A DNA stretch of 41,788 bases from Candidatus Zixiibacteriota bacterium (GCA_040235515.1 JBECKX010000217.1:1-41788), one strand, 5' to 3'; counted from the first letter of the stretch, positions 9,319 through 19,124 are shown. Numbers and translations: made by a program. Notes: generated by a model from the letters alone, not told the origin.

Positions 9319-10269
9319 TTACTCTTTCGGAAGGCCTTCAAGCAGCTTCTTAGCCATCGCTTTGGCGTGGTCGAGATTGGTGTAACCGGTAACCGCGCAA
9401 ACATGCCTGCCATCAACCGCGCAGTAGATCGAGCCGAATTCGGGGGATTTGCCGGTCAGCGACTGGTACTCTCCGCCCATGATATACTCGTCGACACTGC
9501 CACCATCATCGAGGAACTCCTCGGCGGCAAATGTCATACCGAGCTTGGAGGAGTACTGCAGGAAGACACGCATCGTATCATTCTCAATCGCGTAGAGGGC
9601 GCTCACCAGGTCGGGTCGCTCGTTGTGCGGCATATTGTCCATCAAGGATATCTTCATCGTATGAGGAATCATCCCTTCCGCCGGCAGAAACCTGGCGTGT
9701 GGATGCACGAACGGTTCCCCTTCGATTTTCGGCTCGATTTCCTTTGCCGCTGCGATCAGGGTTTCGTCAGGGGTTTCCCCAGTCCCGCGAATCACAACCG
9801 TGAACTTGTCCTTGGTGAAATGGACATTGTGTTCCTGCAGGTAGCCGTCGGCATCGAACTCGATTACAGTCGCACCCGGTTTGCGGTCGCTGGAATAGAC
9901 GGCATAGGCGTTGCGCTTTTCACCGAACTGCGAAACCTCGATAACAAGACTATCTCCGCCATCGCGGTACTTCCCGATAGCCATCTGCGCAAACCCGTTC
10001 ATCAGATACTTTTCGGCTTGCTGGCCCAGGTAATCCCAGACATCCTGACGAGTGTACGTCGCAGAACTCCCGGTTCTGGCATACTTCGCTATCTGCCCAT
10101 CCGGCAATAGTTTCGAGATCTCCGGCAGTGCGTTTGTCGCGGCGCCCCCCCGGTCTGCGGTTTGTTCTTCAGAAGAGCATGAGAAAACAAAAAACAGAAC
10201 GGCAATCAATGAAAGCGACACCGAACTCCAATTGCCCCTGCGGGCTAGCCTGAAACGCAAGTCTGACAT
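9319..10269 (-). CDS. putative lipoprotein, DUF6599-like
   Basis: lipobox-like VFSC; 'VWDYLGQQAEKYLMNGF' and 'NAYAVYS' resemble DUF6599 proteins. Confidence 0.6.
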   Translation of the reverse strand: MSDLRFRLARRGNWSSVSLSLIAVLFFVFSCSSEEQTADRGGAATNALPEISKLLPDGQIAKYARTGSSATYTRQDVWDYLGQQAEKYLMNGFAQMAIGKYRDGGDSLVIEVSQFGEKRNAYAVYSSDRKPGATVIEFDADGYLQEHNVHFTKDKFTVVIRGTGETPDETLIAAAKEIEPKIEGEPFVHPHARFLPAEGMIPHTMKISLMDNMPHNERPDLVSALYAIENDTMRVFLQYSSKLGMTFAAEEFLDDGGSVDEYIMGGEYQSLTGKSPEFGSIYCAVDGRHVCAVTGYTNLDHAKAMAKKLLEGLPKE

Positions 10270-10399
10270 ATGTCAAAGCCTCCGAGTGTGTATCAACTGA
10301 GATAGTGGAAATCGTTTTGCATCTGTGAAAAGTCGAGTTTCACCGTGCACTAATGCTTGGAAGTCCCGGCACACCGATGCCCCGGGCTCTACAGTGGTG

Positions 10400-11275
10400 C
10401 TAAGAGAATAAGAATATCGCCATAACAGCCAGAAACCACAAGGCAATATTTGCCAGGATCGGACCATCTGACAGGAGGAGACGGGTCGGAGCGCCACCTT
10501 TTTCCTCCTGATGGATCAGGTAGAGGTAGCGGAAGACTCCGTAAAGGACAAATGGGATGGTCAGTTCAAGGTGGTGGACATCGAGCCGCTCCTGAATCTC
10601 AGGAGAGAGGGTATAGAAAGTATACGCAACGACAGTCGAAGCCGTGACCACGCCAATCAACTGGTCGAGGAAGTAAACCGAATAGCTCTTGAGGGAAGCG
10701 CGGTGTCCGGTAGCACCTTCCTTGAGGGTGACAATTTCATGCCGTCTCTTGCCGAATCCGATGAAAAGCGCCAGCAGAAATGTACAGGCTATCAACCAGG
10801 CGGAATTCGGCACCGCGATGGCAAAGGAGCCTGCCACGGCGCGCAGGACGAATGACGCAGCGATCGACATGACGTCGATGATCACGATATTCTTCAGTAC
10901 AAAGGAATAGAGCAGGTTGAACAGGACAAACGCAGCCGCGGCGTAAATGAACTTGAGCGGGAGCAGGAAGCTGAGCGCGGTCCCGACGATGAGCAGCAGT
11001 GCGGCGATCCCGTAAGCTGTTCCTACGGCGACCTCCCCAGCCGCGACCGGCCTGATGCGTTTGAGCGGGTGCAGGCGGTCGGAGTCACGATCGACGATAT
11101 CATTCACCACGTAGATGGCTGAGGATAGCAGGCAGAATATCCCGAACGCCAGCAGCGCATCCAGCACCTTCTCGATCTGCGTGAATTCTTTGGCAAAAAT
11201 CAAGGCGCCAAAGAGCACGAGGTTCTTGACCCACTGATATGGTCGCAGTAGCCTTATCGATGCAGTTAAATTCAT
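10400..11275 (-). CDS. UbiA-family polyprenyl-phosphate phosphoribosyltransferase (DPPR synthase-like)
   Basis: LRPYQWVKN, YVVNDIVDRDSDRLHPLKRIRPVAAG, GFGKRRHE, YGVFRYL. Confidence 0.88.
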   Translation of the reverse strand: MNLTASIRLLRPYQWVKNLVLFGALIFAKEFTQIEKVLDALLAFGIFCLLSSAIYVVNDIVDRDSDRLHPLKRIRPVAAGEVAVGTAYGIAALLLIVGTALSFLLPLKFIYAAAAFVLFNLLYSFVLKNIVIIDVMSIAASFVLRAVAGSFAIAVPNSAWLIACTFLLALFIGFGKRRHEIVTLKEGATGHRASLKSYSVYFLDQLIGVVTASTVVAYTFYTLSPEIQERLDVHHLELTIPFVLYGVFRYLYLIHQEEKGGAPTRLLLSDGPILANIALWFLAVMAIFLFS

Positions 11276-11350
11276 TGGCTTACGTGAGTGATTTCCGGGC
11301 CAACCCCTGCCGCAACCCGTGCCGGAGCCGGATCGTTTTGAGTTACGTTG

Positions 11351-11986
11351 TTAGAGTGAGGAAAATGGCAGCGCGGCCTGAATGTCAGGCATCAGCGCCT
11401 GCACGAATTCTTCCGCAACTGCCTGGGCCTCTTCTGAACTCTTCTTTCCCTGGAGCACAGTCACGCGGATGATAACGGCATCGGTCGGCCTTAACAAGAG
11501 GGAATTTCGCACCAGATCAAACTTGAGCGCATACTCAGATGTGAGGTCCCCGGAACGGGTGTGGAACCAGTAGTACATCTGATCGGTGCGTTCCCGCTTT
11601 GCAATCTTCATGCGGTTGACCGTGATCTCCTTCGATCCGAGATCAAATGGCACTCGCTCGAGGTCGGAAACAACCCAACCGCCGCCCGGCAAGCAGTGCC
11701 GGGGTGAGTGAATCTGGGAGCCATACTTCTGGTCGCGGAAGTAGGCCACGAAGAGGCTGAGGAAGTTCTCGCCATCCGAGTAGGCACGCACTATGGCATC
11801 GGTCGCCTGCAACGTGGCTGCAGTCGCTTCGTCGATCGGCTGAACCTGTCCGCGCCATTTGCCGACGTTGACCGGGATCGCCGAGAGATCGGATGGCTGA
11901 TCCGGCTCGACCACCATATAGCGCAGCACAGTTGCCATTGCACCGAACGGTATCAGCAGGAGAAGTACGATTATGAATTTCTTCAT
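11351..11986 (-). CDS. epsI: EpsI family exosortase-associated protein
   Basis: IHSPRHCLPGGGW, YYWFH, 'RPTDAVIIRV'; overlaps the exosortase stop (ATGA). Confidence 0.88.
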   Translation of the reverse strand: MKKFIIVLLLLIPFGAMATVLRYMVVEPDQPSDLSAIPVNVGKWRGQVQPIDEATAATLQATDAIVRAYSDGENFLSLFVAYFRDQKYGSQIHSPRHCLPGGGWVVSDLERVPFDLGSKEITVNRMKIAKRERTDQMYYWFHTRSGDLTSEYALKFDLVRNSLLLRPTDAVIIRVTVLQGKKSSEEAQAVAEEFVQALMPDIQAALPFSSL

Positions 11987-12888
11987 GTTTTCCCCCTGAA
12001 GTTATCACTCTTCAGCTCGTTAGCCTTGAGCAGAGAGCTGAGGATCAACAGACAGACGAGACTGAACAAAAAGACGATCGTCCCGCTCAATTCATGAATA
12101 AAATCCTCGGCGATTTCGCGCGAGATTCCATACGCTCCCACCGCCGTTACGCAGATTCTGAAGATATTCGCTGCGATGGCAATCGGCACAGCCGCTACGA
12201 AGAGGAGCAGGGCTTTCCACTTAACATTTTGGGTCAGGTAGGCCAGCAATGCGCCCAGCGCGATCAGCGTAACCAGTGACCGCAATCCGCTGCACGCTTC
12301 CGCCACTTCCAGCGAATAATTGTCGGGCAGGTGGATGATATTGCCCTGGCGGAAGTAGGGGATTCCGATCACGCTCAGGACGCCGGCAGCCACTTTGGAG
12401 CCGAGTAACTGGAGCGGGAAGGTGGCCGTGTAGTAGATGATATATGGCACCGGGATCATGAAGATCAGGAAGAAAAACGCAAACCAGATTTCACGTACGA
12501 AGCGATAACCTGCCAGAAAGAGGGTGATTCCGACCAGCAATCCAAGCATCGAGACGCGGGTCGTAAAGAATTCAGCCCCGGCGGTACCAACCACGAACAA
12601 GATCAGCGAGCCGATAATAACCGGGATACCCCATTTGCACGTCACAATCGGGATCTTGCGGAGGTCTTCACGCTTGCGCCAGATGATCCACGCCGAGATC
12701 GGGATGATCAGGAAGCCGTGCGAGTAGTTGTCGTCGATATACCAATCCTCAACCAATCCGATCAGGATCGGCAGGTACATCAGGACTATTACTCCGCCGA
12801 TCGTCAGGATCTGCCAGAGCGGAATTCTGCCCTGACCGGAATACTCCTCATGTTGTTCGGTAGTGTTGGTAGCGCTTTGGTTGGACAC
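11983..12888 (-). CDS. exosortase (EpsH family)
   Basis: YSHGFLIIP, catalytic Cys VAEACSGLRS, Arg ANIFRI, His FIHELSG; multiple TM helices. Confidence 0.92.
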   Translation of the reverse strand: MSNQSATNTTEQHEEYSGQGRIPLWQILTIGGVIVLMYLPILIGLVEDWYIDDNYSHGFLIIPISAWIIWRKREDLRKIPIVTCKWGIPVIIGSLILFVVGTAGAEFFTTRVSMLGLLVGITLFLAGYRFVREIWFAFFFLIFMIPVPYIIYYTATFPLQLLGSKVAAGVLSVIGIPYFRQGNIIHLPDNYSLEVAEACSGLRSLVTLIALGALLAYLTQNVKWKALLLFVAAVPIAIAANIFRICVTAVGAYGISREIAEDFIHELSGTIVFLFSLVCLLILSSLLKANELKSDNFRGKT

Positions 12889-12906
12889 GACTTGGTTGAA
12901 ACGCCT

Positions 12907-13863
12907 CTACGATTTTACGCCGCTCGCGAGCAACTGCTGCCGCTGATAGTAACTGATCGTTCTTTCGAGCCCTTCACGGAAATCCACCACGGGCTTGATC
13001 CCGTATGCTTTCTCCACCTTGGAAACATCAGCAAACGAGTGCTTGATATCGCCGGCACGCGGCGGAGCCTGGCGGGCTTCGATGTTCTTCCCAAGTATAG
13101 CGTTTAACTGCTTCAAGAGTTCCCTGAGGGTGTACTGGCCGCCGCAGGCAAGATTGAATTCGCCCGTAACCACTTCCCTGGCGCGGCACACCGTGGTAAC
13201 GGCAGTGACGACATTTTCGATGTAGGTGAAGTCGCGGGACTGGAGACCATCACCGAAAAAGACAGGTTGCTCATCGTTGAGCAAGGCAGTGATGAACTTC
13301 GGTATCACGGCGGCGTAGTGGCTGTTCGGGTCCTGGTTGGGACCGAACACGTTGAAATAGCGAAATGCCACGCACGGGAGACCATAGAGGGATGAATAGA
13401 TGCGCAGGTAGTACTCGCCGGTCAGTTTGGTCACAGCGTAGGGTGACATCGGGGCCGGCGTCATTCCCTCATGTTTTGGCAGAGTCGGGGTATCGCCATA
13501 GACAGAGGACGAAGAGGCGAATACGAATCGTTTCACACCCTGACGTTTGGCTGACTCCAGCATATTAAGTGTGCCGTTGATATTCTTGTCATTGGAGGTC
13601 AGCGGATTCTCTACGGAGCGATTGACCGAAGGGAGTGCTGCCTGGTGCAGCACGTAATCGATGCCGGAGCAGGCATCAAGCGCCGTATGCAGATCACAAA
13701 TATCGCCCTCGATCAGTTCGATATCTGAGGCGACATCACGCAGGTTTTCCCGCCTGCCGGTAGAAAAATTATCGAGTACGCGAACCTGCTCACCATCGTT
13801 GAGCAGACCCTTGACTATGTTCGAGCCTATGAATCCGGCGCCGCCGGTAACAAGATACTTCAT
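12907..13863 (-). CDS. UDP-GlcNAc 4-epimerase-like SDR (WbpP type)
   Basis: TGGAGFIGSN, HQAALPSVNRS, SPYAVTK, RYFNVFGP, YAAVIPKF, GDGLQSRDF. Confidence 0.88.
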   Translation of the reverse strand: MKYLVTGGAGFIGSNIVKGLLNDGEQVRVLDNFSTGRRENLRDVASDIELIEGDICDLHTALDACSGIDYVLHQAALPSVNRSVENPLTSNDKNINGTLNMLESAKRQGVKRFVFASSSSVYGDTPTLPKHEGMTPAPMSPYAVTKLTGEYYLRIYSSLYGLPCVAFRYFNVFGPNQDPNSHYAAVIPKFITALLNDEQPVFFGDGLQSRDFTYIENVVTAVTTVCRAREVVTGEFNLACGGQYTLRELLKQLNAILGKNIEARQAPPRAGDIKHSFADVSKVEKAYGIKPVVDFREGLERTISYYQRQQLLASGVKS

Positions 13864-13945
13864 AATTTCTCTACCCTCGTGAATGTCGTCTTACAGTAGT
13901 ATCGTCAGTGAGGGATAATCTCTTGATTCGTTCGCGAAGCTAATC

Positions 13946-14935
13946 CTAAGTAATATATTCAGTTACCCGTTTTGAAACGGGGTGAGCCCGGAACCAGTCG
14001 ATTGTCCTGTTAATACCGTCGTCCAGGCTGACCTGCGGTTCCCAATTAAGCACATTTTTGGCGAGGGTGTTATTGGAAAGTAGTCGTTCTACTTCGCTAT
14101 CTGCGGGCCGTAAGCGGGCCTGTTCGGTCCTGATATCGAGCTGCACACCAAGCGCCCCGGCAATCTTCTCCGCCAACTGCCCGATCGATATCTCGCTCCC
14201 GACTCCAAGGTTGATTGTCTTTCCGATCGCGTCATCAGATTCCATGCCGCAGATCATCCCGGCAGCGGTATCGGTGACATAGGTGAAATCACGAGTGGGC
14301 GTCAAAGCGCCAAGCATCAGCTTTCCGGTTTGCAGCAGTTGATTGATGATCGTCGGAATCACCGCCCGCAATGACTGGCGCGGACCGTAGGTATTGAATG
14401 GGCGAATGGTCACCACCGGCAAGTCGAAGCTGCGATGGAAGGACTCCGCCAGCATATCGGCGCCGATTTTTGATGCTGAATAGGGCGATTGCCCCACCCT
14501 GGGATGTTGCTCATCAATCGGCACATACTGCGCGGTGCCGTAAACCTCCGAGGTGGAGATATGCACTACCCGCTCCACGCCATGCTCACGCGCCGCCGTC
14601 AAGACGTTCGTCGTGCCTACCACGTTCGTGTCGACATAATCGCGTGGGTGGATATAGGAGTAGGGAATTCCAATCAGTGCAGCCAGGTGGAAAACCGCAG
14701 CGCAACCCTTCACGGCTTTGTTGACGGCATCCGGATCCTTGACATCACCTGCGATCACTTCAATGTCTTTAAGGATTTCCTCAGGCAGATCGTCGAGCCA
14801 ACCCCGTTCGAGCCGTGAAGTGTAACGCACGAATGCACGCACGTTCGCACCTTTGGCGATCAGTGCTTCAACCAGATGGCTGCCGATAAAGCCAGCGGCG
14901 CCGGTGACCAGAATCTGCGATGATTTTACCTGCAT
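13946..14935 (-). CDS. NDP-sugar 4,6-dehydratase (LegB-like SDR)
   Basis: TGAAGFIGSH, HLAALIGIPYSY, QSPYSASKIGAD, RPFNTYGPRQS; start moved to the ATG at 14935 (MQVKSSQILV). Confidence 0.85.
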   Translation of the reverse strand: MQVKSSQILVTGAAGFIGSHLVEALIAKGANVRAFVRYTSRLERGWLDDLPEEILKDIEVIAGDVKDPDAVNKAVKGCAAVFHLAALIGIPYSYIHPRDYVDTNVVGTTNVLTAAREHGVERVVHISTSEVYGTAQYVPIDEQHPRVGQSPYSASKIGADMLAESFHRSFDLPVVTIRPFNTYGPRQSLRAVIPTIINQLLQTGKLMLGALTPTRDFTYVTDTAAGMICGMESDDAIGKTINLGVGSEISIGQLAEKIAGALGVQLDIRTEQARLRPADSEVERLLSNNTLAKNVLNWEPQVSLDDGINRTIDWFRAHPVSKRVTEYIT

Positions 14936-15113
14936 AGTTGCTGTTGAAGATCGCCGACACAACGCAGTATGTCAAGGAGAGATGCGTCGCTCGAGAGATG
15001 GTTGGCTATTTGAACGCAGATGGAGCTCCCAACAAACAACTTGTTTTTGCGTGTCGCGGGGGATAGTCTTAGTAGATTAAGTTGATCTGATTACTCAACC
15101 GGGATCTTACAAG

Positions 15114-16175
15114 ATGAAGCGAAGTTTCTCAACGGCGTCTGTGACGCTGGCTGCATTTCTCCTTTTTATGCTCATGATTGCTGGCACCGGACTCTCCCAG
15201 AGCGAGGAGCCGATCTGTGGCGATACCGATGGAGACCAGTCGGTGATCATCAGCGACGCAGTCTTCCTGATTAACTACATATTCAGTGGTGGCCCGGCAC
15301 CTGCGCCTCTCAGTGTCGGAGATTGTGACCTCAATGGTACGATCGACATAGGAGATGCTGTGTGGTTGATAAACTACATTTTTGCGGGCGGTCCGGCTCC
15401 ATGCATGCTTCCTATCGAGTTATCCACATATTGCCTGGATGGTCGCCCCTATGTTGTAGTGACCAACAATCTGGTGGAAATGGGGGACCCTGCAGCATAT
15501 TCAGTGCTGTTCGAGAGTGGTGAGTCCGTCGCAGGTACATTTCAACTCCAGTCGGACGAGAGCGATACTGTTGGGATCAGCAATCTTTATGGGAGCAGCG
15601 TCTTCAGACTTGACGGATCGGGCCAGCAAATCGCGGTCGATTATTGTCTCAGCAACTTCGTCGACAGCCTGATCCGAGAGGGAGACATAAACGAGACCAT
15701 TACCAACCCGGTGTTTGAGGATTTCGAAGTAAGCCTGGGGATAGTTACATGCAAGTATGATTTCTATCTCGACAGCCTGGCATTTGATACCGCTTATGCC
15801 GAGATCATCCCAACCGCGGGTGGATTGATCCTGCAAACCACCTATATCAACCTCATAGCGAACTTCGAACTTGACGCCACGCCGATCATTATCTGCCCCG
15901 GCGGGTATGGGTCATTCACGATCGACACATTATTGGTGGGCAGCGAGCTGACCTATAACATTATCAACTCCGACAGCGTCGATGTCGAGTTCGACACAAC
16001 TACTACGTATGTAAACTTCGAGACCGATGTTGCAATGGAAGGCGCACTCGCGGCACTGATCGGGTCTGAGTTTACTGTCTTGGTCGAGGACACGACATCA
16101 CCCTTCGGCGCTGGTATGGTGGCATTGTTCAGGGCAACTGTAGAATCCCTCCTCGAGGCCGTCCTCGTTCCATAA
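15114..16175 (+). CDS. secreted protein with N-terminal dockerin-like domain
   Basis: signal peptide; duplicated CGDTDGDQSVIISDAVFLINYIFSGGPAP / GDCDLNGTIDIGDAVWLINYIFAGGPAP; beta-rich C-terminus. Confidence 0.8.
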   Translation: MKRSFSTASVTLAAFLLFMLMIAGTGLSQSEEPICGDTDGDQSVIISDAVFLINYIFSGGPAPAPLSVGDCDLNGTIDIGDAVWLINYIFAGGPAPCMLPIELSTYCLDGRPYVVVTNNLVEMGDPAAYSVLFESGESVAGTFQLQSDESDTVGISNLYGSSVFRLDGSGQQIAVDYCLSNFVDSLIREGDINETITNPVFEDFEVSLGIVTCKYDFYLDSLAFDTAYAEIIPTAGGLILQTTYINLIANFELDATPIIICPGGYGSFTIDTLLVGSELTYNIINSDSVDVEFDTTTTYVNFETDVAMEGALAALIGSEFTVLVEDTTSPFGAGMVALFRATVESLLEAVLVP

Positions 16176-16250
16176 CTCGCTGTTATACGCCTTGCGCCCC
16201 AGCCACAGTCTGGTAACTTTCGAAATCGTTCATCCGAAAGGAGAAGATCT

Positions 16251-16850
16251 ATGCGCTACGCGACTTCGGTCTTGATCCTCACTCTGGCGGCGATTATCCC
16301 ACTACATGACAGCCACGCCCGAAGGGGTTTCTCATTTGCTCCTGCACCAGAGCAGGAAACTTCAACTTATCTCGTACAAAACTTCCGCCTGATGTATGCC
16401 ATTGACGGCTCAGGTCTCGGAAAGGAAGATTTCCGAGACAGGTACATGGGATCGTTTGAGGGTGGACTCATGGCCAATGTTTCACCGCGGATCGCAGTGG
16501 GCGGATCGGCATTCATTGCACTGGAGGATATTCGGCCGCGTATCGGGGTGAGTGCGCGGATGCGACTCTGGCTCCCACACAGGAATGCAGTGGATTTCAA
16601 TGCCGGGGCGCTGGTGGCCAATCTTGAGGACAGCGCTCAAAACCCGAGCGATGATCTCGGGCTGTTCGCTGCCGCAACCTTTAGCTTCCGGGATATTATT
16701 ATTGCCACACTGCAGTATGAGCGCGTGACAGCTCTCCAGCAGCACGAGAGTTTCATCTACGCTGGGCTGGGCACCGGCGGCAACTTCGGGCTTGCTGTGG
16801 CAGTGGTCGCGATAATCGTGACAGGTATTGCCGTCGCGGCAACGCTGTGA
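16251..16850 (+). CDS. exported hypothetical protein, small beta-barrel-like, paralog of 34739-35449
   Basis: AAAGGAG RBS, signal peptide, alternating amphipathic strands, hydrophobic C-terminal helix. Confidence 0.65.
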   Translation: MRYATSVLILTLAAIIPLHDSHARRGFSFAPAPEQETSTYLVQNFRLMYAIDGSGLGKEDFRDRYMGSFEGGLMANVSPRIAVGGSAFIALEDIRPRIGVSARMRLWLPHRNAVDFNAGALVANLEDSAQNPSDDLGLFAAATFSFRDIIIATLQYERVTALQQHESFIYAGLGTGGNFGLAVAVVAIIVTGIAVAATL

Positions 16851-16864
16851 GTATGTGATGTTAG

Positions 16865-17047
16865 CTACTTCAGATATTTCTCACCATCATTGTAGGCTTC
16901 CCTGATAGTCGCGACCAGTGCGCCCACGCGCTTACGGTAGCGCTCAAAGTCCTCGTCGCTCATGAATGCCAGGCTGCCGGCTTCAGCGGTGTTGTTGATG
17001 GCTGCTGATACTGCAGTCGAGATATCAAGCTTTGGTGATTCAGACAT
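16865..17047 (-). CDS. small hypothetical protein (about 60 aa)
   Basis: GGAGAG RBS before the ATG at 17047, helical composition, directly downstream of the SnoaL gene. Confidence 0.5.
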   Translation of the reverse strand: MSESPKLDISTAVSAAINNTAEAGSLAFMSDEDFERYRKRVGALVATIREAYNDGEKYLK

Positions 17048-17080
17048 CGATGGTCTCTCCATGATTCAGTCAGTGGTTTC

Positions 17081-17473
17081 TTACTTACCCAGCGCTTCAC
17101 GCGCCAGCGCGGTGTCGACATACTCAACGAACGACACAACTACGCCGTCCCGCAGCCGCCAGATGTGGGCATAGGCTGCCTTGAGTTTCTTGCCGGTTGC
17201 CTTTGCCGTGCCTTTCACTTCACCGACAGCGATCACCGTATCGCCCGCATCGATAAATTCATCAGGTGCTATCTCAAAATCATCCCAGTCACCCGCCACC
17301 TGCTTGAACACCTTGTCTACGACTTCCGCATGACCGACAAACGTGCCCGGATAGGGGAGGCCTGCCGGTTCGGTCCACCTGACATTCGGATCGAGTATCG
17401 CGAGGACCGCGGGAATATCGCCCTTGGCGAAGTTATCGTAGCCTGATTTGATGATGTCAACATTGCCGGCCAT
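17081..17473 (-). CDS. NTF2/SnoaL-like protein
   Basis: GGAGG RBS before the ATG at 17473; 'YDNFAKGDIPAV', 'PYPGTFVG', 'AHIWRLRDG', 'EYVDT'. Confidence 0.88.
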   Translation of the reverse strand: MAGNVDIIKSGYDNFAKGDIPAVLAILDPNVRWTEPAGLPYPGTFVGHAEVVDKVFKQVAGDWDDFEIAPDEFIDAGDTVIAVGEVKGTAKATGKKLKAAYAHIWRLRDGVVVSFVEYVDTALAREALGK

Positions 17474-17637
17474 TGTTACCTCCATTCTTGACCTGCGGAG
17501 ATACGCAGGTCCATTTGCGGTACTGTTTTGCTGCTTGCTGCGGCGGTGTTCAGTGCGCGGGATACCAAAGATAGTCAAACTGGAGCTATGTTACAATCGA
17601 ATAGAGGTGTCAGCCGGGGATTGACCTGAAAACCACA

Positions 17638-17669
17638 CAGGGCGAGTCGGCCCACATTGACTCGCCCTG
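17638..17669 (-). terminator. hairpin with U-rich tail on the minus strand
   Basis: CAGGGCGAGTC/GACTCGCCCTG 11-bp stem followed on the minus strand by TGTGGTTTT. Confidence 0.5.
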
Positions 17670-17705
17670 CAGTAGCGTTGGTGCGATCATCCCCCTTTAG
17701 GTTAT

Positions 17706-17793
17706 CAGGAGAAGGTAGCCCACCCGTCGTGGGCGCGGTTTTCTTTTCGCTGCTGCCCGTCAAGCCCCAAGAGGGCATGACCTACACTCCCTG
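17706..17793. ncRNA. candidate structured RNA (four-way junction), unclassified
   Basis: closing stem CAGG..AGGT / ACCT..CCTG enclosing three abutting hairpins (GCCCAC/GTGGGC, GCGGT/GCTGC, TGCCC/GGGCA). Confidence 0.3.
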
Positions 17794-17810
17794 CTTGATT
17801 CGATTAACTA

Positions 17811-17846
17811 CCGAACCCCTCTCCCTCGGAAGAGAGAGGGGTTCGG
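17811..17846 (-). terminator. strong hairpin downstream of 17873-19066
   Basis: CCGAACCCCTCTC/GAGAGGGGTTCGG 13-bp stem, 26 nt after the stop codon. Confidence 0.65.
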
Positions 17847-17872
17847 GCTAAGGTGACTTGAGTGCCAAATTC

Positions 17873-19066
17873 TTACAGCGCCGACAACACAGCCTGCGTC
17901 TGACGGATCAAATCGATCACGTCGACCGCTTCATCTTTGGTTTTCAGAAGCGCACCCTGACCGGCAACTGAAACCAGGTAACGACCATTGCTGATATCAA
18001 GCGCTTCCACCGGCAGATCATCGCTCCAGTCGAGCGGCCAGATTCCGCCATTGAGATGCGAGTAGGCGAATACTCCCTCGGAGCGCGTGCCGATGTAGAT
18101 GTAACTCTTGCCCTGTGCCAGCGCTGTTACGTGCGGATCGAAGAGGTAGTCGGCGGTATCGACGATATCCCAGTTGTAGCCGTTGTAGATATAGAGACCA
18201 TGATCGGTGCCGACCCAGGTCCGATCGAATGCGAACACAACGGTGGTGGCGCCACAGAAGGCGTTAGCGTCGGACATCAGTTCACGAGCATGCCAGCCGT
18301 TGCTGTCACGATAGAGGAGACCATCCTCACTCGTCACGGCCCAGAGTGCAAACCGGTCGCGCGTGGCGTCGAGCACCTGCTTCTGCGCGAGAAGCTGCAC
18401 CACACCAGCAGCGGAAACTTCAAAAAGACCGGAGTTGCTGCCAACGTAGAAATTCTCCTCGAAGCGGGAGAGCGAGTTGACCTGATCAGCGATTTCGGGC
18501 CAGATCGACTTGACGAAACCGGTGGGTTCAATCAGGTAGACGCCTGCTTCGGTTCCGGCGTAGACGTCTCCATCAACTGCAAGTAGGGCGTAGCAGTCAT
18601 GGTGCTTGAGGTCTTGCGGAGTACTGAAGACAGCGAAGGAACTATCAGCAGGATAGAATTCGACGATTCCACCTGCGGTCGCGAGGAGCACACGGTCGTT
18701 GTCAAATGCGACCGCGCGGACATCGTCGAATGGTAGCGAATCAAGGATGGCGAGTTCATCCAGAGTCAGGGCAGCGCCGGCGGGAAAGCGTTCGGCGGTT
18801 TGCGGCTCAACCTGATCCTCAACCAACGGGCCCGGTTCGGGGATCGGATTGGTATCGGGACCATAGGCCACAGTCGCTGGATCTTCCGCGACAGCGGTTG
18901 CCGGAGTTTCTGCGGTGATTTCCTGTTGAGGCTGCAACTGGTCACGTGATTGGAGCGCAGCATCATCGACCGTTTTGATGCTGAAGGCGAAGATGGCGAT
19001 AACGGCAGCCAACGCGAGCAGTGATCCGGCCGCAAAGGTCAGTTTTTTCTTTCTGTTCGTACTCAT
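17873..19066 (-). CDS. membrane-anchored beta-propeller protein
   Basis: GGAGAGG RBS; basic N-terminus + TM helix, P/E/T-rich linker, repeated 'W/YxGTxxGL/V' blades of the regulator-propeller type. Confidence 0.72.
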   Translation of the reverse strand: MSTNRKKKLTFAAGSLLALAAVIAIFAFSIKTVDDAALQSRDQLQPQQEITAETPATAVAEDPATVAYGPDTNPIPEPGPLVEDQVEPQTAERFPAGAALTLDELAILDSLPFDDVRAVAFDNDRVLLATAGGIVEFYPADSSFAVFSTPQDLKHHDCYALLAVDGDVYAGTEAGVYLIEPTGFVKSIWPEIADQVNSLSRFEENFYVGSNSGLFEVSAAGVVQLLAQKQVLDATRDRFALWAVTSEDGLLYRDSNGWHARELMSDANAFCGATTVVFAFDRTWVGTDHGLYIYNGYNWDIVDTADYLFDPHVTALAQGKSYIYIGTRSEGVFAYSHLNGGIWPLDWSDDLPVEALDISNGRYLVSVAGQGALLKTKDEAVDVIDLIRQTQAVLSAL

Positions 19067-19124
19067 GATTTCCTCTCCTGTAGTTGAGGTTTTGTGGGTT
19101 CCGGTTGATTTCGGATCACAAGAG

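Noticed and set aside
11301..11327. 12-bp direct repeat CAACCC(C/G)TGCCG resembling a sigma54 site
   Set aside because: GG-GC spacing is 8 rather than 10, and there are only two copies
15114..16850. PEP-CTERM substrates for the exosortase
   Set aside because: No PEP motif followed by a TM helix and basic cluster in these or any other ORF in the window
17701..17800. SAM-I riboswitch (TTATCAGGAGAAGG start) or 6S RNA
   Set aside because: Lacks the SAM-I GCAACC/GGTGC core and the long end-to-end stem with central bubble of 6S
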